NCBI GenBank assembly: GCA_963731595.1
Contig: CAVSWE010000003.1
Location: 44,948-108,947 of the forward strand
Direction: 5' to 3'
Source: an uncultured delta proteobacterium
GTDB lineage: Bacteria; Myxococcota_A; Polyangia; Polyangiales; Polyangiaceae
Length of the DNA: 64,000 nt
In this document: piece by piece, positions 39,026 through 47,855 of the stretch
Position numbering within the stretch: position 1 is the stretch's first letter
How the letters are laid out: each line of letters begins with the position of its first letter
Program-made: the position numbers and the translations under genes
The notes under the pieces: model-generated
The model's input: only the letters and a program-made list of their open reading frames with translations
The model's database searches: none
What the model was told of the DNA's origin: nothing

Positions 39026-40504
39026 CGTGACCTCCTCGTAAAGTCGCTCGGCGATTCGCTCGCCGACGACCTCTTGCTCGACGTCGGCGATTCGATCGAG
39101 CTCGGCGGTCCCGCCGCGGGCGAGACTTCGAACGGCGGCGTACGCGAGGTCCCCGTCGGCCGGTCCCGCGGCGAGCGCGGTCGCCGTCGCGGCGAAGTGC
39201 GCGACGAGCGCGCGCGCGAGGCGAACGAGGAGCGTCTGCTTTCCGATGACGGCCGCACCGTGCACGTCGCGCAGCGCTTCGCTCACCACGTCGAGCTCGT
39301 CGGCGAGCGCGTTGCAAGGCGCCGCGAGGTCCGGGTGGACGAGGGCGGCGGCGTCGAGTCGCTCGCTGCGAGCGCGCCGCGTGAGACGAGCCGCCGCGAT
39401 GCGGAGCAGCAGCACGTCGTTCGCCCCCTCGAAGATGCGCGTCACGCGGCAGTCGCGGAGCAGGCGGGCGACGCCGGCGTCCTCGAGCACGCCGAGCGCG
39501 CCGTGCAGCTGAATCGCGCTGTCGCACGCCTCGAACGTGCGCTCGCTCGCGAACACCTTCGCCGCCATGGTCAGGCTCTCGGCCGCTTTGTCGCGCGGGA
39601 CGGCGAGCGCCGCCCGGCCGACGAGCGCGCGCGCCGCGAAGAGCGTCGCGGCCATCTCGGCGACGCGCGCCTTCACCGCGCCGAAGTCCGCGAGGCGGCG
39701 ACGGAACTGGACGCGCGTCGTCACGTGCGCGAGCGACGCGTCGAGCGCGGCGCGCATGGTGCCGAGGCAGCCCGCGGACATCAGCGTGCGTCCCCACGCG
39801 AGCACGCCGTACGCCCCGTCGAGGCCGCGGTCGGCGGCGCCGAGCAGGTGCGACGCCGGCACACGCGCGTCCGAAAGCGAGAGGGTCACGGTCGACGACG
39901 CGCGAATTCCGAGCTTGTCTTCTTCGGCGCCGATCTCGAGCCCGGGCGTCGTCCGCGGCACGAGCACGAGCGCGTGGCCTCGCGCGCCGGTCCGCGCGAG
40001 CACCGTGTAACAGCCCGCGAGGCCGCCGTTGGTCACGTAGCTCTTCTCGCCGTCGAGGACGATGGCGTCGCCGTCGAAGCGGGCCGTCGTGCGCATCGCC
40101 ATGAGGTCGGAGCCGGCGCACGCTTCGGTCGCGGCGAACGCGCCGAGGATCTCGCCGGTCGCGAGGCGCGGCAGCCACTCGCGCGCGACGTCGGGCCGCG
40201 CGCCCGTCACGAGGGCTCGCGTGCCGAGCCCGGTGTGAAGTCCGACGCACGTCGCGACCGAGCGATCCCATCGCGCGAGCTCCTCGATCGCGGCGCACGC
40301 GTCCGACAGCGAGAGCCCCGCGCCGCCGAATTCGACCGGGAGCGCGACGCCGAAGAGCCCGAGCTCGGCGAGCCCATCGAGGACCTCGCGCGGGATTCGC
40401 CCGGCCCGCTCGATGGCGCCGGCGTCGAGGTGCGCGCGCGCGAACCGCCGCACCTCGGCGACGAGCATCGCGCGCTCGTCGTGCTCCTCGCTAAGCGCGT
40501 ACAC
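39023..40504 (-). CDS. Acyl-CoA/acyl-ACP dehydrogenase family protein with ~120-aa C-terminal extension
   Basis: 'ILGAFAATEACAGSDLMAMRTTA', 'KSYVTNGG', 'RIFEGANDVLLLRIA'. ACAD fold plus extra C-terminal region. Confidence 0.75.
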   Translation of the reverse strand: MYALSEEHDERAMLVAEVRRFARAHLDAGAIERAGRIPREVLDGLAELGLFGVALPVEFGGAGLSLSDACAAIEELARWDRSVATCVGLHTGLGTRALVTGARPDVAREWLPRLATGEILGAFAATEACAGSDLMAMRTTARFDGDAIVLDGEKSYVTNGGLAGCYTVLARTGARGHALVLVPRTTPGLEIGAEEDKLGIRASSTVTLSLSDARVPASHLLGAADRGLDGAYGVLAWGRTLMSAGCLGTMRAALDASLAHVTTRVQFRRRLADFGAVKARVAEMAATLFAARALVGRAALAVPRDKAAESLTMAAKVFASERTFEACDSAIQLHGALGVLEDAGVARLLRDCRVTRIFEGANDVLLLRIAAARLTRRARSERLDAAALVHPDLAAPCNALADELDVVSEALRDVHGAAVIGKQTLLVRLARALVAHFAATATALAAGPADGDLAYAAVRSLARGGTAELDRIADVEQEVVGERIAERLYEEVT

Positions 40505-40766
40505 CGGTCGCAGCCTCCGGGACCCGCATCGAGCGCTCGACGAACGCGCAGGCGTCCTGGAAGGTCACGATGTCCATCGCGTCGTCGATGTCGACGTGGA
40601 TCCCGAGCTCCTCGCTGATCGTCGAGAGGAGCTCGAGGCTGCCGAGCGAGTCCATCCCGAGGTCCTCGCGCAAGCGACTGTCCGGGCGCACTCGCGCCCC
40701 GTCGATTTCGAGGATCTCCGCGACCAACTTCTGCATGCGAGGGCGCACTTCTTTTTCAGCGAGCAT
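40491..40766 (-). CDS. Acyl carrier protein
   Basis: 'LREDLGMDSLGSLELLSTISEELG' phosphopantetheine-attachment motif (DSL). Confidence 0.7.
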   Translation of the reverse strand: MLAEKEVRPRMQKLVAEILEIDGARVRPDSRLREDLGMDSLGSLELLSTISEELGIHVDIDDAMDIVTFQDACAFVERSMRVPEAATGVRA

Positions 40767-41769
40767 GTTCGTTCCGTCCTTGGTGAGCGGGCGCCGAGCG
40801 TTTTGCGCCGAGGCGAGTCATCCAGTCGTGCGTGCGGTCGAGCGCGTCGTCGAGGCTCGTCCAGCGAAGGCCGAGGTCGCGCTCGGCGCGCGCGCTCGAG
40901 ACGGGCTTGCCCATCGCGACGAGGTCCACGAGCTCGCGCGGAAACGGGACGCGCGAGCGGCGCGGCTCCGCTTCCGCCTCGGCGGCGCTCGCGAGCGCGC
41001 GCGCCTCCGCGAGGGTCACACGCGGCGCGTCGAAGGCGACGCCGTAACGAGCCGCCGCGCGCTCGAGCAGCGCGTCGAAGCGAACGTCGTGGCCCGCGAC
41101 GCAATAGCGAGCGCCGCGCGCCCGGATCGCGGCGACGTGCGCGGCCGCCGCGTCGTCCACCGAGAGCACGTTGATCCATCCGTCGATGCGAAACGGGATC
41201 CTGCGATGCAGGAGCGCGGCGAGGACGCCGTTCGTGCCCAGGCGGTAGTCGCGCGGTCCTATGCAGCCGCCGAGGAGGAGCGACACGGCGTCGAGCCCGC
41301 GGGCGCGCGCGCGATCGAGCTCGCGCTCCATGGCCTTCTTCACAGTCGGGTAGACGCCCTCGCTCGCGTCCGGCGGCGCGCAGTCGTCCTCGTCCGCCGT
41401 CTCGCCGTTTCGCGGCGCGCCGAGCGCCGCGACCGACGAGCTGTAGATCATCCGAGCGCCTTGCTCGAGCGCCGCGTCGCACGCGTTTCGCAGGCCGCTC
41501 ACGGCCGTCTCGAGCGCCCCGCGCGGATCGGTCGAGTAACGAGGATAATGACCCGCCGCCATGACGACGACGTCGCGATCGCGCGCCGCGCTCGCGAGCG
41601 ACGCGCGATCCTCCAGCGACGCCCACACTTTCTCGATCGGGCGCTCGCCGAAGAGCACCGTCGGCGTCGACTTGCGCCGCGTGACGCGCACCTCGTGGCC
41701 TGCCGCGAGCAGCGCGTCGACGACGCGCAGCCCCACGAACCCGCTCGCTCCGATCACGAGCGCGCGCAT
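40756..41769 (-). CDS. NAD(P)-dependent epimerase/dehydratase-family (extended SDR) reductase
   Basis: 'MRALVIGASGFVGLRVVDALLAAGHEV' Rossmann. 'YPTVKKAME' YxxxK. ATG overlaps the FAAL stop (ATGA). Confidence 0.7.
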   Translation of the reverse strand: MRALVIGASGFVGLRVVDALLAAGHEVRVTRRKSTPTVLFGERPIEKVWASLEDRASLASAARDRDVVVMAAGHYPRYSTDPRGALETAVSGLRNACDAALEQGARMIYSSSVAALGAPRNGETADEDDCAPPDASEGVYPTVKKAMERELDRARARGLDAVSLLLGGCIGPRDYRLGTNGVLAALLHRRIPFRIDGWINVLSVDDAAAAHVAAIRARGARYCVAGHDVRFDALLERAAARYGVAFDAPRVTLAEARALASAAEAEAEPRRSRVPFPRELVDLVAMGKPVSSARAERDLGLRWTSLDDALDRTHDWMTRLGAKRSAPAHQGRNEHAR

Positions 41770-43481
41770 CAGCTCGCGCCCCCCGCGGCCAGGAGCCGCG
41801 CGCACTCGCGCCGCCGCGCCTTGCCGCTCGTCGTCTTCGGTACGGCGCCGATGGGCCAGAGGTGGATCTCCTCGACGCGCACGCCAAGCACCGCGAGGAT
41901 CTCGCCCTTGAGCATGCGCGCGGTCTCGCCGCGCTCGTCCTCGCCCTGGAGCGCGGTCTCGGCGACGAGGACGATCTCCTCGGTGCCCTTGTCCTCGTTG
42001 CGGCGTCCGAGGGCGACGACCGCGCCGGGGCGCAGGTGCGCAACCTCGACGGCGACGCGCTCGAGATCGTACGGGTACACGTTTCGTCCCGCTTGGATGA
42101 TGACGTCCTTCGCGCGGCCCGTGACGTAGAGCTGACCGCGGTCGACGAAACCGACGTCGCCCGTCTGAAGCCAACCGTCGGCGTCGAGGACGGCGGCGCT
42201 CGCCGCGTCGTCGCCGAAGTAACCGCGCATCACCGACTCGCCTCTCACGCGTATGCCGCCGAGCCGTCGCTCCTCGAGGAGCCGGCCGGCGTCGTCCACG
42301 ATCGCGATCGACGTGCCCGCGACGGGATGGCCGACGCACGCGAGCTCTTGCGCGGACGTGCCTTCGCCACGGGCGATCTCGTGGCGCTCGAGCGCGCGAC
42401 GGTCGAGCGTCGCCACGTTGTTCGCGTCCGCGCGCGTCGGAAAGGTCACCGCGAGCGTGCACTCGGCCATGCCGTAGACCGGGAGCGACACGCCGCTCGC
42501 GAGGCCGCGGCTCGCGTACGCCGACTCGAACCGGCGAATCGTCGACGGCTGGACCGGCTCGGCGCCGTTGAGCGCGCAGCGGAGCCGCGAGAGATCGCCG
42601 TCCTCGAGACGGCCCGCGCGTGCGGCGGCCATTTCGTAGGCGAAATTCGGCGCGGCGGTGATCGTCGCCCCGACGCGCGCGGCGAGCGCCATCCAGCGCT
42701 GCGCCCCCATCGCGAAGTACTCTGGCGCCGCGACGTGGATCGGGTACGGGCGACAGACGCCGGTCAACAGCACGCCGACGAGGCCCATGTCGTGGAACAG
42801 CGGCAGCCAGCTCACGCCGACGTCGGACGCGCCGAGCGAGAGGCCGTGGGCGATCGAAAACGCGTTCGAGACGAGCGCGCGGTGCGTGATGACGACGCCC
42901 TTGGGTTTGCCGGTCGTGCCGGAGGTGTATTGCAGGAGCGCGATGTCGTCGCCGCCGACGGATGCGGCGAGCGCGTGGGTCGTCGCGACGTCGAGCTCGG
43001 AGAGCGCGTCGCGGTCGGCCGGCGTGACGATCGGCACGCCGAAGCTCGGGATCGCGGCGGCCGAGAGCGCGGCGATCACGCGCGGGACCGTGACGACGAC
43101 GCTCGGCCTCGCGTTCGCGACGATGGTGGCGAGGTTTCGGAGGAACGGCTCGGTCGAGCCGAACGTCATCGGCGTCGCGAGCGGAACGGGCGCGGCGCCC
43201 GAGAGCGCGGCGCCGAGGAGCGCCGTCGCGAACGCCTCGCCCGTCGGCAGTAGAATCACGACGCGATCGCCGCGCCGCGCGCCGTGGCGACGAAACAGCG
43301 CGGCCCACCGGCGAGCGCGCGCGAGCGCGTCTCGCGCGTCGAGTCGAACCTCGCCGTCTCGTCCGCCGTGAAACGTCAGGAACGGCGCGCCGTCGCGCGC
43401 GGCGCCCTCGATCGCAGCGGCGAGCGTGTCGTGGGAAGGCCGGCACGCGACGGGGCTCGAGACGACTGCCGGGGCGACCAT
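41769..43481 (-). CDS. Fatty acyl-AMP ligase / AMP-dependent synthetase (FAAL-like)
   Basis: 'LLQYTSGTTGKPKGVVITHRAL', 'YGMAEC', 'GWLQTGDVGF', '...PKTTSGKARR'. 570 aa. Confidence 0.75.
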   Translation of the reverse strand: MVAPAVVSSPVACRPSHDTLAAAIEGAARDGAPFLTFHGGRDGEVRLDARDALARARRWAALFRRHGARRGDRVVILLPTGEAFATALLGAALSGAAPVPLATPMTFGSTEPFLRNLATIVANARPSVVVTVPRVIAALSAAAIPSFGVPIVTPADRDALSELDVATTHALAASVGGDDIALLQYTSGTTGKPKGVVITHRALVSNAFSIAHGLSLGASDVGVSWLPLFHDMGLVGVLLTGVCRPYPIHVAAPEYFAMGAQRWMALAARVGATITAAPNFAYEMAAARAGRLEDGDLSRLRCALNGAEPVQPSTIRRFESAYASRGLASGVSLPVYGMAECTLAVTFPTRADANNVATLDRRALERHEIARGEGTSAQELACVGHPVAGTSIAIVDDAGRLLEERRLGGIRVRGESVMRGYFGDDAASAAVLDADGWLQTGDVGFVDRGQLYVTGRAKDVIIQAGRNVYPYDLERVAVEVAHLRPGAVVALGRRNEDKGTEEIVLVAETALQGEDERGETARMLKGEILAVLGVRVEEIHLWPIGAVPKTTSGKARRRECARLLAAGGAS

Positions 43482-43776
43482 GCGGGCGCAACTCTCACGT
43501 ACGCGCGTCGTGAAGCGGATGACTTAGGTCAACACCGCAGGCGCGTAGGCTGCAACGCACGCGGAATGACGATCGCACGGCCCAACAGGAGTACGCGTGG
43601 TCTTCTGCGAGCGCGGCCGCGCCGCCCTCTCCATCGACGCCGACCGCGCCGCGCGCCGCATCGTTCGCGCGGTCGAGCGCGGCGACCGCCGGCTCGTCTA
43701 CACGCTCCCCGCGCAGGAGCCAAGCGCTCGGCGCGCGGCACGGGCAGAATTGATGCCCGCGGCGCGGGCGTGTGTC

Positions 43777-44856
43777 ATGCTCGTCGGGATGAGGGACGGG
43801 AAGCTCTCGCGCGCGGACCGCGTGACCTTGCGGCGCGTGCTTTGGTCCGTCGTGCCGAGCCTCCTCGCCGTCTCGTGCGGGACGTCGCCGACCACGTCGG
43901 ACGGAGGCACGGATGCCGCGCCCGACAGCGTCGTCGGATGCGGCGGATGCCAATGCGAGGGGGGCGCGAGCGTCTTTTACGCGACGAGCTACGACGTGTG
44001 CCCTTCCGACGACGCCGGCTTGGACGCGAGCGACGCCGCCGCGAGCGACGCCGACGCCGCGAGCGACGCCGGGACGTGTTACGCGAGCTGTGATTACGCG
44101 TGCGCTGCGACCGCGCCTGCCGGGACCTCGAGCGTGTGCGTCGGCGAGGACGACGCCGGTGTCGCGCGCGTCGCGCAGTGTCGCGCAGATTCCTTCCCCT
44201 GCACCGGTCGGCGCACCGCGGGGCTCGACGAGCCGAGCGGAGCGACCCGGGCGCTCGGCGCGACGCTCGCCCGCTACGCGTGGCTCGAGGCCGCGTCCGT
44301 GCACGCGTTTCGCCGGCTCGCGCGCGAGCTCCGCGCGTACGGGGCTCCAGCCGAGCTCGTCTGCGCCGCGCGCGCCTCGGCCCGCGATGAAATCCGCCAC
44401 GCGCGCGCGATGCGCTCGCTCGCCCGCACGCACGGCGCTCGCGTGGAGCCGGTCGCTGCCCGAGCCGACGGCGTTCGCGACCTCGAGACCATCGCGCGGG
44501 AGAACGCGGTCGAAGCGTGCGTGACCGAGACGTTCGGCGCGCTGCTCGCGGCGTGGCAAGCCGAGCGCGCCGAGGACGCTGGAGTGCGAGCCGCGATGCG
44601 CGCAATCGCGCCCGACGAGGTTCGTCACGCCTCGCTCGCGTGGGCCGTGGCCGCATGGATCGAGCCGCGCCTCTCGCCCGCCGCGCGCGCGCGGGTGCGC
44701 CGCGCGCGGGCAGACGCCGCGCGCAAATGTGTGCAAAATGCAACGAATGAGCTCGGCCGCGAAATCGCGGGTCCGCTCGGCCTGCCGAGCGCTGCCGCGG
44801 CGCGCTCGCTCGCGTGCGGGCTCGCGCGGGGCGGCGTGTGGCCGCGCGCGGCGTGA
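43777..44856 (+). CDS. Secreted lipoprotein with Cys/Asp-rich N-terminal region and C-terminal ferritin-like domain
   Basis: 'VVPSLLAVSCGTS' lipobox. 'VVGCGGCQCEGG...CYASCDYACA'. C-terminus 'ARDEIRHARAMRSLA...APDEVRHASLAWAV' with ExxH pairs. Confidence 0.45.
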   Translation: MLVGMRDGKLSRADRVTLRRVLWSVVPSLLAVSCGTSPTTSDGGTDAAPDSVVGCGGCQCEGGASVFYATSYDVCPSDDAGLDASDAAASDADAASDAGTCYASCDYACAATAPAGTSSVCVGEDDAGVARVAQCRADSFPCTGRRTAGLDEPSGATRALGATLARYAWLEAASVHAFRRLARELRAYGAPAELVCAARASARDEIRHARAMRSLARTHGARVEPVAARADGVRDLETIARENAVEACVTETFGALLAAWQAERAEDAGVRAAMRAIAPDEVRHASLAWAVAAWIEPRLSPAARARVRRARADAARKCVQNATNELGREIAGPLGLPSAAAARSLACGLARGGVWPRAA

Positions 44857-44872
44857 TAACGTCGGAGGGGAA

Positions 44873-45175
44873 ATGGCGGGAGAGCGTTTCGAGGAGATCT
44901 GGGTCGAAGCCGGCGAGCAGCGCCTCTGCGCGCTCATCAACGGCGATCGCGGTTGGCTCATGTACCTGCCGGCGGCCGGCGAGAGCGGCTTCAGCTCGCG
45001 CAACCCCGACTACGCCGGGCCCGCCGACGCCATGATCGAGTACTGCCTGAGCAACGGCCAGCGCGATTTCCACCCTGCGTCGTGGGCGTACCCGGTCGAC
45101 GTCGTGCACCGCGCGCTCGACTTCTTCGAGGCCGAGGAGAAGCGTCCGCCGTTCATCGAGTGGCACGCCGACTGA
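44873..45175 (+). CDS. Small cytoplasmic hypothetical protein (~100 aa), immunity-protein-like
   Basis: RBS GGAGGGG. 'RFEEIWVEAGEQRLCALINGDRGWLMYLP...IEYCLSNGQRDFHPASWAYPVDVVHRALDFF'. Family assignment uncertain. Confidence 0.4.
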   Translation: MAGERFEEIWVEAGEQRLCALINGDRGWLMYLPAAGESGFSSRNPDYAGPADAMIEYCLSNGQRDFHPASWAYPVDVVHRALDFFEAEEKRPPFIEWHAD

Positions 45176-45328
45176 GCCGAGCGAGCGCCCCGCCGGGCGT
45201 CAACCCGTCACGGCGCGCCAGCGCGAGGTCATCTCGAAGGCGGCGCGCAGCGCGCGCAGCGTCGCGGCGGTCGTCACGAGCTCGCGCTCGCCGAGCCCGC
45301 GCGACACCGCGCCGCCGCGTGGCTCCTC

Positions 45329-45580
45329 ATGCTTCGCGCGGCGCGCCTCCTCGACGACGGCGAGCTCGCCGTCTCGGAGACGAGCATGGCGAAGCTCTTC
45401 GCGACCGACGCGTGCGGGCGCGTCGTCGACCGCGCCGTGCAGGTGCACGGCGGCTACGGCCACTCGCGCGAGTACGCCGTCGAGCGGCTCTACCGCGACG
45501 CGCGCGTCACGCGAATCTACCAGGGCACGAACGAAATTCAGCGCATCGTCGTCGCGCGGGAGCTTCTCCGCGCGCCCTGA
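45329..45580 (+). pseudogene. Acyl-CoA dehydrogenase C-terminal remnant
   Basis: 'SMAKLFATDACGRVVDRAVQVHGGYGHSREYAVERLYRDARVTRIYQGTNEIQRIVVAREL' is only the last about 85 aa of an ACAD. No upstream ACAD body. Confidence 0.5.
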
Positions 45581-45598
45581 CGAAGTATCCTGCCGCGC

Positions 45599-45958
45599 AT
45601 GGACAAGCAGACCTACGAAGGAAGCTGCCACTGCGGCGCGGTGAAGTTCGAAGTGACGATGGCGCCCCCCGACAAGGCGTTCGCCGGGAACTGCTCGATT
45701 TGCTCGCGCATGGGCTGGCTGCTCGCGTTCGTGCCGGCCGAGTCGTTCCGCCTGATCTCGGGCGAAGACGCGCTGCGCGACTATCAGTTCGGCAAGCAGA
45801 ACGTCCACCACGTCTTTTGCACGACGTGCGGCATCCGATCGTTTTCGCGCGGCAAGAAGCAGACGGGCGAGCCGACGTTCGCCGTCAACCTGCGCTGCTT
45901 GAAGGGCTTCGACGCGACGAAGCTCCCGGTGCAGACGTTCGACTGCGCCGCGCTCTGA
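45599..45958 (+). CDS. GFA-family (glutathione-dependent formaldehyde-activating / CENP-V-like) Zn-binding protein
   Basis: 'GSCHCGAVKFEV...GNCSICSRMGW...HHVFCTTCGIRSF'. Confidence 0.7.
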   Translation: MDKQTYEGSCHCGAVKFEVTMAPPDKAFAGNCSICSRMGWLLAFVPAESFRLISGEDALRDYQFGKQNVHHVFCTTCGIRSFSRGKKQTGEPTFAVNLRCLKGFDATKLPVQTFDCAAL

Positions 45959-46011
45959 ACGTGGTGGATTGCCACGGTTGCGCGGCGCCGTCGCCGTGAC
46001 ACAACCGTGCG

Positions 46012-46791
46012 ATGCCGTTCGACCCGGACGCCCTCGATCGCCGTGACGCGCACGCCGTTCGCGCGCTCTTGCCGCTCGTCCGTCGGATCAATGCATATTA
46101 CATGCATCTCCGGCGCGAGGGGACCGAGCACCTCGAGGGCGTCGCCGGTGAGCCGGCGCTGTTCGTCGGCAATCACAACGGCGGGATCACGGGGCCGGAC
46201 GTCGCGTGCACGCTCGGCACGCTCTGGGACGCGTTCGGCGCCGAGCACCCGACGTACGCGCTCGCGCACGACTTCGTGATGCGGCAGCTCCGCGCCGTCG
46301 GGCGCGCGATCCAGCCGTACGGCGCGCTCCGCGCCTCGCCGGAGAACGCGCTGCGGGCGCTCGCGGCGGGCGGCAAGGTCCTCGTCTACCCGGGCGGCGA
46401 CATCGAGGCGTTTCGCCGGACGCGCCACCGCGACGCGATCGTCCTCGGCGAGCGCACGGGCTTCGTGCGCGTCGCGCAGCGCGCCGGCGTTCCGATCGTT
46501 CCGATCGTCGCGCAAGGCGCCCACCGCTCGGCGTTCATCTTCCACGAGGGCGAGGCGATCGTACGCGCGCTCGGGCTCGATCGCCGCGCGCGCGTGAAGC
46601 GCTTCCCGCTCGCCCTCGCCCTCCCGTGGGGCCTCGCGATCGGGCCGTGGCTCCCGTACATGCCACTGCCGTTTCCGGTGAAGCTCCGCGTGCTCGAGCC
46701 GATTCGGCCGGGGGCGCGCGACGATCCGCGAGAGGTGCGCGAGCACGTGCGCGCGCGAATGCAGCGCGCGCTCGACGAGATGCGCGCGTGA
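46012..46791 (+). CDS. Lysophospholipid/1-acylglycerol-3-phosphate acyltransferase-like protein
   Basis: 'LFVGNHNGGITGPD' (HX..D-type motif), 'VLVYPGGDIEAFR'. Confidence 0.55.
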   Translation: MPFDPDALDRRDAHAVRALLPLVRRINAYYMHLRREGTEHLEGVAGEPALFVGNHNGGITGPDVACTLGTLWDAFGAEHPTYALAHDFVMRQLRAVGRAIQPYGALRASPENALRALAAGGKVLVYPGGDIEAFRRTRHRDAIVLGERTGFVRVAQRAGVPIVPIVAQGAHRSAFIFHEGEAIVRALGLDRRARVKRFPLALALPWGLAIGPWLPYMPLPFPVKLRVLEPIRPGARDDPREVREHVRARMQRALDEMRA

Positions 46792-47585
46792 GGTGCGCGC
46801 CCCTGTCGGACGGCGGGCGCCTAGCGTACGACGTCTCCGGCCCGGCGGACGCGCCGGCAATCCTCTTGATTCGGCCGCTCGGCGGGTGGCGAGGGTCGTG
46901 GGACGGCTTCGCGACGGCGCTCGCGCGCGAGCTCCGCGTGATCGCCTTCGACCCGCGCGGAGCCGGCGACTCGAGCGCGGCGCGACTCGCGACGACGCGC
47001 GCGATGGCCCGCGACGCGCGAGCGCTCCTCGCTGTGCTCGGGCTCCCGCGCGCGCACGTCTACGGCATCTCGCTCGGAGGAATGGTCGCGTGCTGGCTCG
47101 CGCTCGACGCGCCCGCCGCGGTCAATCGCCTCGTGCTCGCGTCGACGCCGGCGAGCGGCCGCGCGTTCCGGCACGACGCGCTCCACGCCGTCGGCCTCCT
47201 GCGCTGCTTCGCGCGCCGGCCGGGAGGGGTCGAAGCCTGCCTCGCGACGCGCACGCTGTCGGTGGCCTTCCGCGATCGCGAGCGCGCGCGTCTCCGCGCG
47301 ATTCGTTCGTGCGCGGCAGAGAAACCGACGGCGCGCACGGCGCTCGCCATCGGCCTCGCAGCCTCGCTCCTTCACGACGTGCGCGCGCGCGCCAGCGCGA
47401 TCGAGCCCGAAACTCTGGTCCTCGCTGGCATCCGCGACGCGCTCCTCGACCCCGCCGAGCAACTCGCGTTCGCGCGAATGCTCCCGCGCGCGCGCTTCGA
47501 CGCGATCGACGCAGGCCACGACGTGTCGGCGGAGGCGCCGGAGGAGACCGCGGCGCGCGTCCTCGCTCACGTCGCGAGGGCCTGA
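46788..47585 (+). CDS. Alpha/beta-hydrolase fold protein
   Basis: GTG overlaps the upstream stop (GTGA). 'HVYGISLGGMVA' nucleophile elbow. '...DAIDAGHDV' catalytic His region. Confidence 0.65.
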   Translation: MRCAPLSDGGRLAYDVSGPADAPAILLIRPLGGWRGSWDGFATALARELRVIAFDPRGAGDSSAARLATTRAMARDARALLAVLGLPRAHVYGISLGGMVACWLALDAPAAVNRLVLASTPASGRAFRHDALHAVGLLRCFARRPGGVEACLATRTLSVAFRDRERARLRAIRSCAAEKPTARTALAIGLAASLLHDVRARASAIEPETLVLAGIRDALLDPAEQLAFARMLPRARFDAIDAGHDVSAEAPEETAARVLAHVARA

Positions 47586-47855
47586 GCGAGCACGTCGGCG
47601 ACCGCGTCGTCGCTGGCGCCGGCGAGGTCCGCGGCGCACGGCGCGAGCGACCCGACCTCGACGTGCTCGGGCCTCGGCCCTCTGCGGCATGCTCACGAGC
47701 GGCGAGAGCGTCTCGGCCTCGAGGAGCCCCTCGTCCGCCCGCACTCGGCGTTGCACCCAAGTCGACGTGCGCCCACGGCCCTCGACGTCGCCGTTCGTCC
47801 GCGACGCACGGAGAGCGAAGCTCGCAACCCGCGTGCCTGCTAGAGTGCCGGGCGG

